Of a DNA stretch of 19,609 bases, positions 11,399-19,609 are shown piece after piece (the first letter of the stretch is position 1; every line of letters begins with the position of its first letter). The DNA comes from Ginkgo biloba (taxonomy: Eukaryota; Plantae; Ginkgophyta), in contig JANKJI020000004.1 of NCBI GenBank assembly GCA_024626585.2, forward strand, positions 145,343,141 to 145,362,749, in the 5' to 3' direction. The notes beneath the pieces are model-generated. The model saw only the letters and a list, made by a program, of their open reading frames with translations. It was not told the DNA's origin and ran no database searches. The position numbers and the translations under genes were made by a program.

Positions 11399-12031
11399 NN
11401 NNNNNNNNNNNNNNNNNNNNNNNNNNNNNNNNNNNNNNNNNNNNNNNNNNNNNNNNNNNNNNNNNNNNNNNNNNNNNNNNNNNNNNNNNNNNNNNNNNAC
11501 GATGGGCTTTGGGAATGGATGAGGAGGTGGCAATGTCTCCAATGGTAGTCTAGGAGGTTCCTTTTCCAACTCAACCCTTTTAGTTCCATCGACAGATGGT
11601 TTGTACTGGACTAAAGGAACTGGCTCAAGTACAACGACTTCGATAAATTCCTGCCTAGGGGTAATGGTGGGAGGGATGTGGACTTTCTCTTCGGCTTCCC
11701 CTTGAGGAATGGCGTCCATAGGCCCCATTTGATCTGTCAAGGGCCCCACAGACTCCAAGAGTTGCTTTGCAGGTTCTTGTTGCATAAGGATTGAGGCCTC
11801 TTGTGTCAAAGTGGGGTCAGAAAGAGGTGTTTCTATTTGAGAAGGCCCAAGGATGTTCTCCCTTCTTGGTGGTTCAGGGACTACCATGTGTGAGGGGGAA
11901 GATGAGATAGGGGCCTTTGGATCTATGCCCCTATAGGTGGTCCCCACTTTAGCTTCATGGATACTAGGCGTTAATATTTATTCCCTTAATGGGTGAGGGG
12001 CCAAGTTTTCCACTAGTAGGAGTAGCATCAT
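11126..12031 (-). pseudogene. Pro/Glu-rich, probably disordered ~300-codon reading frame with two visible stops, interrupted by an N gap
   Basis: From ATG 12031: MMLLLLVENLAPHPLRE*ILTPSIHEAKVGTTYRGIDPKAP...LPPPHPFPKPI-[gap]-KEAFKTCTKAQD*KEGMREITHLPKKQ...SCDGH*. About 150 stop-free codons between 11947 and 11499. Copy A has GAA at the first stop. Track ORF 9925..10131 is the decayed paralog. Frame continuity across the gap is inferred. Confidence 0.5.
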
Positions 12032-12370
12032 ATAATCTTATCTTTCATTTGGTCTTAGTCCTATTGATGATGGTCCCTGGTTGGTTTTTCCTATATGGGA
12101 AATCTTATGATTTAATTAATTAAAGGTCCATCAATGGGAATGACCTTATTAAAGAATCAAAATTCCCCATTATCAAATTGATGGATCATTTACGCTATAA
12201 TGGGATATGAAAGATATAAAAATGGGGCTTGTGAGTATGCTAATACCCCATATTTTTCCAATAATAAGTACTTGCAGTTGCATTTTTCTCTATCACTCAC
12301 TACATGAAACCTCTTTGATTATTAAGCATATATTACCAAGTGATCATTGCTTTCCTCAGTAACTTAAAAA

Positions 12371-12383
12371 GACTAGGTAGCCA
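12371..12383 (-). promoter_or_regulatory. Decayed primer-binding-site candidate (copy B)
   Basis: Minus strand reads ...ATTTTCA-gata-TGGCTACCTAGTC. Copy A reads TGACAACCTAATC. The inferred ancestor TGGCGACC resembles the TGGCGAC- tRNA-Arg-type PBS of Tat/Ogre elements. Confidence 0.4.
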
Positions 12384-12387
12384 TATC

Positions 12388-13092
12388 TGAAAATGGAGAA
12401 ATAAATTTCATAAGGAAACATTTCTAAAATTGGATATCTCACTAGCGCTAATGACTACTTCCACTTCCTTAATAGGATTATTCATAAAGTGTGAATGCGT
12501 ATTTTATAGAAAGAAAGAAATAAAGAACTCCCAAGTATACACCCATTTTGGTGATGCTATGGATTATTTCATTGAAATTGGATGATATTTTAAATGGGCA
12601 ATAATAATAGAGTGTGGGAGATAAAAATTTAAAGACATCAAAACTCCTTATTCTTTAAGAGCCATGATAGTGAATTCCTTCCATGTGTTAGGGCCTAATC
12701 AATTGATGGTTGCCATGTCATTACTATGATGAGATGCCATCATGCTTCAAGATGAGTCTCAATACATGTCATTAATGTCCTTCACAAGATGCCATGAATG
12801 TACTAAAATTTCCCATTACCCTGGTCTCTACTAAGCTCCCTTGATGACCTAGGTCACAAGAGAGTTTCTAGTGAAAGTGATGCTCCTCCCTAAGATCTTA
12901 TCACTCCCTAGAAGTCAAGGGACTTCCTTCCTGGATCAAGGAGAAGATACCTTCCTAAGGAAGGTATCTTATTGAGTAAATAAAGGATTTTCCACTTATG
13001 CTCTTTATCCTTTAACCTTGGTTTGCATGAATTAATAGTTCCTCTATTGAGTCATGGGTCCCTCCATAAAATTATTCATCCTTAGATTTTCA
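12388..13092 (-). repeat. Putative LTR, 705 bp (copy B)
   Basis: Begins TGAAAAT (12388) and ends ATTTTCA (13092), giving TG...CA with a perfect 7-bp inverted repeat. On the minus strand a GC-richer U3-like part precedes an ATTTAAA TATA-like motif (~12590) and an AT-rich part. Confidence 0.55.
12944..12970. repeat. Perfect 13-bp inverted repeat with 1-nt centre
   Basis: aagataccttcct-a-aggaaggtatctt. The paralogous site 11297-11323 is imperfect (aagataccttcct-a-gggaaggttgctt). Confidence 0.9.
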
Positions 13093-13482
13093 TGTATTTC
13101 CCTCACACGGTCAGGTAGGAAAAAAATTTTGAGGGGGGGAGTCAATTTCAATAGAAAGTGGGGCTCCTTAACTAAGTGGAAATCAAAGGGATCCTAACTA
13201 TTGGGTTTCTCTATGATAGAGTTAGGGAGTAAGAAGAAGCCCAGGATGTAGTAACATCTTTACTTGAGTAATCAGTCCTTAATTGAGTCAAGACACAAAG
13301 GTTTCCAAGAAGCAATTATGCCCTAGGAACTAAAACCATTCCTTGATTGATTTAGATGTGACTCTTTCTACATTGAAAGTGACAGAACATGCGTAAAAAT
13401 ATTTAGTCTTCAATGCCAATCCACCTCTCTCAAGTTGCTCTACTATCTAATATAAATGATCCATGTTGTGACTAGTGCAATC

Positions 13483-13558
13483 TGTTAGAATTATTTAATA
13501 TTCTGTAATGTTTACATGTCATATTTAATGTAAATAGGGTCACGACTTAATGTCGTGA
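13483..13558 (+). mobile_element. Possible start of a Copia-type LTR running into the N gap
   Basis: TGTTAGAATTATTTAATATT-type terminus, followed by the CpG-retaining hairpin tcacgac-ttaat-gtcgtga (13540-13558). No partner LTR visible. Confidence 0.3.
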
Positions 13559-14044
13559 NNNNNNNNNNNNNNNNNNNNNNNNNNNNNNNNNNNNNNNNNN
13601 NNNNNNNNNNNNNNNNNNNNNNNNNNNNNNNNNNNNNNNNNNNNNNNNNNNNNNNNNNNNNNNNNNNNNNNNNNNNNNNNNNNNNNNNNNNNNNNNNNNN
13701 NNNNNNNNNNNNNNNNNNNNNNNNNNNNNNNNNTAGGTTGAATTTTTCATGTCCCCAGGTTCTTGAATGGAGAGGAGGATAAAGGGAGACAAGTTGGAAG
13801 GATTCAAGTTAAAAGAGGGGGATAAAGTAGGAGATGAATTCCACAGATGTTTACTTGTCTCTTGGCAATCCATCCACTACTTCTAGTAAGACAGTATTTA
13901 TGTATTGATTTATTATGCAAGTGATGGAGGATCCAATGGGAGGTGGATCTTGATTCTTACGAATGTAATCATCCAATAATACACTAGGGATCCTAGGACA
14001 TGTGAGACATGATTTTATCTTATCTACCATGGAANNNNNNNNNN

Positions 14045-14260
14045 GATACTACCAAATATTATTTTCCTGGGTTCTAACATGTCTTTATGATCTATGATGT
14101 AGAATCTCAATTGTGCTATAATCTCCATCCCATATTTGTAATAGGTCCATAAGCTAAGATAAAATTTATAACATTCTAAATTATTAATGTATTTGGTGTA
14201 ACCTGCTCTTGATGAATGAAATACATAATGCATATTTTTCTTCTCCTTGAATTTTTAATT
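14045..14260 (-). mobile_element. Decayed LINE ORF2 fragment (region just C-terminal to RT)
   Basis: Minus strand gives IQGEEKYAL..., then in a shifted frame NMGWRL*HN*DSTS*IIKT. Compare the plant LINE pattern KK.ALV.W...K.GWRL..N.DSLW..IIK. Confidence 0.4.
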
Positions 14261-14399
14261 TTTTTTGTGGATTCTTAAATCAGATATTTCACCTATTATA
14301 TGATTNNNNNNNNNNCTAGCTCAAAATGATATATCAACAGGTATGCAAATATTTCTTATTTCCAAAAATGCATGAGATAAAGAGGTGTTCAAAATGGAA

Positions 14400-15110
14400 C
14401 AAAATATAGAGATTAAAACATGTCTAACTTAGGACATTCTCCTATCTCGAGACAAAGAAACATTCAAAAGAATTCATTGGTGATATGATGAATATAACAT
14501 TTCACATGTCCAGTGTTAATATTCTTCATTGAATAAAATAGCTACAACTGAAGGTGAATGCTATGATATGAATAATAGTTGTTTCCCTAGGACATAGGGA
14601 ATTCCCAAGTTAAAAGAGGAAGAATATGGGTCATGATTTTTCCCTCCTCCTTTTATTTCATATCTCCCTACTAGAGCCTCTAGAGTTTTTCCATGGATTT
14701 TAAAGAGAAATTGATTTACATTTTGCTTCACTATTGAGCCCTCTCAAGGAACCCACTTTTGAAGTTTAAAGTAGGGTTTTCATTTCTAAAGGACCACTAG
14801 TGAAAGTAGTATCATTTTCCATGTCTTTACTCTCTCCATCCATATTTATTTCCAATACCTCCCATTCCTTTTATATGTCATGTTCTACAACAAGGGTGAC
14901 ATAATTTTTTATGATAAACATTAAAGAAAGCAATAACATTCTTCCAAATTCTTCCCTTTTCACTACCACCACTCAGTCCTTTACCAACCCACATCTCTCA
15001 AATTCCTAATATTCACCAATATTTTTTATCCACTATGATTGAACATGAAATTCACTCTTATGACATTCTTTTCCTAGTCCATAACCTTTTATATAAAGTT
15101 TTAGACTTTG
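14400..15110 (-). mobile_element. Decayed LINE ORF2 C-terminus with RNase H-like (RVT_3-type) domain
   Basis: Ordered minus-strand motifs: LYKRLWTRKRM (~15090, zf-RVT-like), RIWKNVIAFFN (~14949-14920), WEVLEINMDGESK (~14865-14826; cf. W.KIN.DGASKG), FRNEN and NSEAKCKSI (cf. NNEAE..A). Many frameshifts. Confidence 0.45.
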
Positions 15111-15124
15111 TATAGATTACAACA

Positions 15125-15350
15125 CATTTAAAAGGGATAATCAGTTATATTTTTGGTACTACATATTAAAGAAAAGATATGGCTTCTACCTTATGGTGCA
15201 TATACCAATGTCCAAGTGAAGAGTTTTAAAGAAATAGGATCCTATACCAATATTTGTTAGTAAAATCACTTAAGGATAAACATTGATTAAACAAATGTTG
15301 CAAGGTATGAAATATGAATATATCACAGTACATACATTTATGATAACTTG
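15125..15350 (+). mobile_element. Internally deleted Ty1/Copia RT-RNase H remnant
   Basis: Motifs in Copia order, across frameshifts: HLKGIISY..FWY (cf. YLKGT.DYGLWY), AYTN (cf. AYTDADW), KK*DPIP (cf. SKKQ.SI), IKQMLQGMKYEY (cf. W.KQ.L), YDN (cf. CDN). Confidence 0.5.
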
Positions 15351-15773
15351 AAAAGATAGGTGTAACAAGAAATCATTATTTAAAATGGTAAAATTATTTT
15401 ATTTATTTATAAATTTAAGTACATGATCAATTTATCTTATGCATTGAGTTGGTACTGGCATATGACATTCCCACACCTTAAGGATGAGGTATTTTATAAA
15501 ATGTATTATCTNNNNNNNNNNNNNNNNNNNNNNNNNNNNNNNNNNNNNNNNNNNNNNNNNNNNNNNNNNNNNNNNNNNNNNNNNNNNNGTAAGTTTACCA
15601 TGAAGAGAGGCTTTACACAACTAAATATTATGCCTATAATCATAAATGTTTAAGTAACCTTATTCTTATGTAGAGGGGTAATGAGAAGTAAAGGGATAGT
15701 GAGAAGTAACAAGTATTTTTCATCACCCCTCCCCCTTACTTCTTTTCTTTCCATCACCTCTTATACCTAGAAT

Positions 15774-15957
15774 CATAACCTGCAAATATATTTTGATGAT
15801 TTTGATCTTACATTTAATGAAGATTTCTCCCATTGTGATAATATCAAATATAATAGATTGAGTTCTTATTCATTTCAAGTTCATAACTTTATAATAAATT
15901 TTAAACCATGGACATGATTTATTCCATCAATTCCACCACAAGATTTAATGTTGTAAG
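15774..15957 (+). mobile_element. Probable Gypsy reverse transcriptase fragment with YxDD
   Basis: HNLQIYFDDFDLTFNEDFSHCDNIKYNRLSSYSFQVHNFIINFKPWT*, with YFDD at 15789-15800 followed by H and then N...N spaced as in Gypsy RT. Same strand as, and upstream of, the RNase H fragment. Confidence 0.4.
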
Positions 15958-16245
15958 TTTTTATATTTTGTAGCATGTTTGTTATGTATGAAAAGATAAT
16001 TTGTCAGTGATGATTTTAAGGGAAAGATCTTGCACGCGATGATAGAAAATATGATCTAAAGATATAGTTATAAAACTAGAGATTCTAAGATCTATGTACC
16101 CATAAGGAGAACTTCTCTATAGGAAGCTCATATTTTTCAATAATGNNNNNNNNNNNNNNNNNNNNNNNNNNNNNNNNNNNNNNNNNNNNNNNNNNNNNNN
16201 NNNNNNNNNNNNNNNNNNNNNNNNNNNNNNNNNNNNNNNNNNNNN

Positions 16246-16600
16246 TGCTTGGGGGCATGTTCACTCAATTGGATGATGATAGCAAAGAGAGAGCTATCTA
16301 TTTTATAAGTTGTACCCTTATTGGTTATGATCTTAATTATTCCCCAATCAAAAAATTATGCCTCTCACTCATTTTTACTACTAAAAAGTTAAGGCATTAT
16401 GTTTTAAACAATCAAATGAACATATTAACCCAATCTAACACACTCCAATATCTATTGGCTAAGCCCAATCACNNNNNNNNNNNNNGGGAAAATGGGCCAT
16501 CTTATTATAGGAGTTTGATTTGAAGATTGTAAAGAAAAAATCAAAGAAAGGGATGGTTGTGGTTAGATAGTTATCAGAGGCCCCACTACCTAACATTGAC
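16246..16600 (+). mobile_element. Ty3/Gypsy (Tat/Ogre-like) pol fragment: RT-associated RNase H domain
   Basis: LGGMFTQLDDDSKERAIYFISCTLIGYDLNYSPIKKLCLSLIFTTKKLRHY...LQYLLAKP-[gap]-GKWAILL*EFDLKIVKKKSKKGMVV...LSEAP. This matches the E.AIYY.S..L...E.NY...EK.CL.L.....KLRHY / KW...L.EFD...KG pattern typical of the Tat/Ogre lineage. Confidence 0.9.
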
Positions 16601-16669
16601 TAAGAATATGTCAATGATGACTTTTACGATGAATTTATGAGGCAAATTGACTCACAATGGATTAGTGAT

Positions 16670-18200
16670 AGTATTTGGTATTTATAACTATATGAATTTA
16701 TGATAATTTCCCCCTCTCCATACTCCATTTTAATAATATACTCCATTACACTTTCTAGTGGTACAATTTTAGGTAATTCTTGAAAAAACTATTTATGTGT
16801 ATCTAAGACTTGTTGAAATGTCCTTCCTTTATCCTTCTATCCATTTTTTATCATTTATTACTAGGTCTCTCATTTATTCCATGTAATATAACCTTGAAAT
16901 AAATACTTAATTTCCTCTTCATAATATCTTATCCATTTATTGTAAAATTACTACTTTATTTATCATTTCTTGTATACCTCCAATTTTATATTCCATTCCT
17001 TGAAGCTTAAAATACAAAATCCTTGATATGATTTGTCTCGTAAGTCCCTAATATTACTAGATACTATACATATAAGACTCCATCAACTCCCTTAATTAAT
17101 ATCATATGTAAGGAGTCTTTCATCATGTAATATCTTGTTTATAATTCAAAATTTCTAACTATACCTTCATACATCATTTCATTGTGCCCTAGAATTATTA
17201 TAGAAAAATTATTGATTTTGTCAAGGTATTTTTATTTTCTTTATATTAAGGATGTTTTTCTTACTTCCTAAGTTTACCATGATGAATATTTTATATTTTT
17301 AAATACAACCATGCACCTTGAAGGTATTTATCCTCTTCTTCTCTATCATTGTTACTACTAATATTTTTGGGTTGCTCATTTTTTATTATCAATTGTTGTT
17401 AGAATATTATCATCCCCATCTTCCTTACTATGTTGTTCTAGTCCTCCTTTCTCTTTTATAACTATTCCCTTTCTTGTATATCTATCATATTCCTTTTTAT
17501 TTATTGAGTATATAATGAATAAATTATTTTACTTATGGTGTTTTTGCAAATGATTCCTCATGATAATAGCCTCTTCCTTTTTTAATCACTTAATATTTTA
17601 TTTTGTAATGATATATATTCTCTGGTTTATTATTGTTTTTATAGTTAGGTCATGTTCATCCTTCTTTGGGTTGGTAGGCACCACCTTTTAAAATATTATT
17701 GTCCTTCTTTATCTTATTTCATGACATAGTTTTTGCCACTTAGTATTTATGGTATTTAATTTATAATTTTGATTTAAGTCCTTACCTTAGGCCTCAAGAT
17801 AGTAATATAAAATTTTCAAATATCCTCTTTATAATTCTATGTATTTGTCTCTACTATTTTAATTTTTTTATTGTATTCTACCATAGTTTGTTCCTTTTAT
17901 TAGAAGTGGTCTAGTTGTATATTGTAGTTATAGCTCTAATATTGGTATTCTCTTTATAGAAACCGTTAATGAATTGTCTAAAGGACCCTGAGATTTATGT
18001 GTTTTCCTTAAATGACCTTGATCCCCATGTATGTCTTTCTCTTTCCATGAACTATAATGTTGTATATAATCTTTCTATATCTCTAAATATCTCACATGAC
18101 TTATAACTTATGTACCTACTCATGTGATTATATTCATCATTTAAAATTAAAGTTCTAAATTATTTTACCATAGATTATAATTAACCCTTTTACCTTGGTG
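16670..18200 (-). mobile_element. Ancient Ty3/Gypsy (chromovirus-like) gag - aspartic protease - pre-RT linker remnant
   Basis: Minus-strand motifs in order: FMERERHTWG (gag, ~18050), GLR*GLKSKL (~17790), KRKRL...EESFAK (decayed Cys/His knuckle region, ~17570), NTFKVHGCI*KYKIFIMVNLGSKKN (cf. TFKV.G.I....LIDSGSTHN, ~17325-17255), GVDGVLYV*YLVILGTYETNH (cf. G.DVVLGVQWL.TLG, ~17091-17030), QQVLDTHK*FFQELPKIVPLESVMEYII (cf. L.....VF.ELP.GLPP.R..EH.I, ~16815-16733). The left and right limits are approximate. Confidence 0.82.
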
Positions 18201-19609
18201 TATATTATTCTATCTATCACTACTATTTCTATTATTTTCTCTCTACTTGATTCGAGGATCTTATTATTCATGATTCTATATTATTTGATCACTTAAACTT
18301 ATACTTATTTAAAAGTTTGGATTATGGATATTATTTATCCTAACAATTTTCTCATTTCTTCCCTCATTTTAAAACCTATTGTCCAAATACTTTTAATGTT
18401 ATTTGAACTATACTATTCATACCATTTTCTCTATACTATCTTTAATCTTGTGCCTTATTACAACCATGTGTTATCTCTTGTCTTAATATTGTTCCAAATA
18501 TCTTATACACCTTATGTGATCCTAAATGGAAGATTACTACTACTAATAATATAATAAATACTTAAATTAATAATATCAATCATGAACCAATTGTCTTAAT
18601 AATTTCAATTACGATTATCAAATAGTAAATTACCATAAAGTGAGACTATGAAGAAATGATGAAGATATAAAGATATGATAAATAATGGTAGAATAGATAA
18701 TAATTTCTTAAGTAACCTACTACTTAAGATAGATGGGTTATAGGGAAATTTCTATCACATAATGCTTACTTGAAAGCACCTACTTCCTAGGAAGAGTTTC
18801 TTTCTAAAAGGGGAAGTTGAAATTTCAATAATAAAATGATGATGGGATGGGGAAAAATATGGCCATTATAACTCTTGATTATTATGAATTTCCTTTGGGT
18901 TCTTCTTGGTCAATTGAGGATTCTATTTAGGTACCAAAATGCATCATGATGTTAAGAAATTAAGCACCCATGATTTAACTCCTTCATAAAGATAAATTAA
19001 GGGTATTATATTCTTAACTAAAGTGATCCTTGGGTTATCTCCTTCTTAGGATTAATTATACCTCAGGAACATAATACTTTAATTAAATTTTTAGTTTAAC
19101 ATATTTTATTTAGAGATAAATTTATGTATAAGAATTAAATTACTTTTAATAATTCAAATAACACATAATAATAAGACTAATGTAAAAATAATATCATAAA
19201 AATATACTTAAGACTAATAAATATTAATACATGCGACTACCACCTTTTGACAATTAATATTGCATTGAAATTATAATTGAATTTTACCCAAAAGGTAATT
19301 TATCATATTATAATACAATATACTCTTATGAAAAATAATGCATGCTTTAAGTAATCTACAATACTTTCAATTTTGAAATGACTAAGGATAATCTTAATGG
19401 ATATTAATGTTTTCCTTTTTAGTTATTTTGTTCTTATTTTTTACTAAAGATATTTTCCAATTGAAAATAAGCATTCATCAAAACTTCTACACTATGATTT
19501 TTTCATTTTAAAAACTCACCATATTTTGATATAAAACATATTAATATTATGACGTATTTAAGTGAGAGGTGAAAGAAAAAATAATAGATCCAAATTTTCC
19601 TAATTACTT

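Larger units (their letters stand above)
9865..13045. repeat. Head-to-tail duplication of a ~1.64-kb unit: copy A 9865-11398, copy B 11499-13045
   Basis: Collinear over the whole length. Offset is 1634 at the start (9865/11499) and 1647 at the end (11398/13045), with a 14-bp indel near 10285/11920. About 77% identity in one hand-aligned 66-nt stretch (10741/12388). Shared blocks include tcatataatcttatctttca, attaattaaaggtccat, catatctgaaaatgga and tactaagctcccttgatgac. Confidence 0.95.
9818..13092 (-). mobile_element. Putative tandem array of a short non-autonomous LTR retroelement (LTR-PBS-internal-LTR-PBS-internal)
   Basis: Duplicated unit, LTR-like ends with a 7-bp terminal inverted repeat, a PBS-like motif 4 nt from the LTR end in both copies, and a short purine-rich PPT-like AAGGGAACA at the end of the internal copy (9826-9818, minus strand). 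No gag/pol motif in the internal part and no TSD found. Confidence 0.5.

Noticed and set aside
11308-11589. Track ORFs 11308..11589 (-) and 11318..11548 (+)
   Set aside because: Alternative frames over the gap that overlap the longer minus-strand frame, with no independent support.
13547-15653. Track ORFs 13547..13873, 13555..13782, 14024..14233, 15423..15653 and 15432..15620
   Set aside because: Inflated by N gaps or off-frame readings of TE debris, with no recognisable product.
16670-18560. Endogenous caulimovirid suggested by the A-rich minus strand; also ORF 18324..18554
   Set aside because: Motif order and content (gag, protease with G.DVVLG..WL..LG, LP...P...EH.I linker) fit Gypsy. 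No movement or coat protein motif, and the plus-strand ORF is a T-rich shadow.
18400-19609. PBS and 5' LTR for the minus-strand Gypsy (TGGTATGA near 18424, TGGTACC near 18938) and the AT-rich tail
   Set aside because: Matches to TGGTATCAGAGC are too short and several candidates compete, so no boundary can be supported.

Overview
AT-rich, CpG-depleted eukaryotic DNA from a gapped scaffold (14 N-runs). It reads as a nested retrotransposon graveyard from a large land-plant genome, and the decayed protein motifs look gymnosperm-like (inference). I see no intact host gene, RNA gene, CRISPR array or prokaryotic system. Recognisable debris: an L1-type LINE 3' end (1-~1241), two further probable LINE fragments (14045-15110), a Copia RT/RNase H remnant (~15125-15350), Tat/Ogre-like Gypsy RT and RNase H fragments (15774-16600, +), and a Gypsy gag-protease-pre-RT remnant (~16670-18200, -). 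Two structures stand out. (1) A single-frame ~480-codon fossil accessory ORF at 7968-9418 that the ORF track shows only as a fragment. (2) A head-to-tail duplication of a ~1.64-kb unit (9818-13092) that parses on the minus strand as LTR-PBS-internal-LTR-PBS-internal. It has ~705-bp LTRs (TGAAAAT...ATTTTCA), a Pro/Glu-rich reading frame that appears to run from the internal domain into the LTR U3, and a central ~1 kb that is much less deaminated than both outer halves. All translations and alignments were done by eye, and no database search was run.
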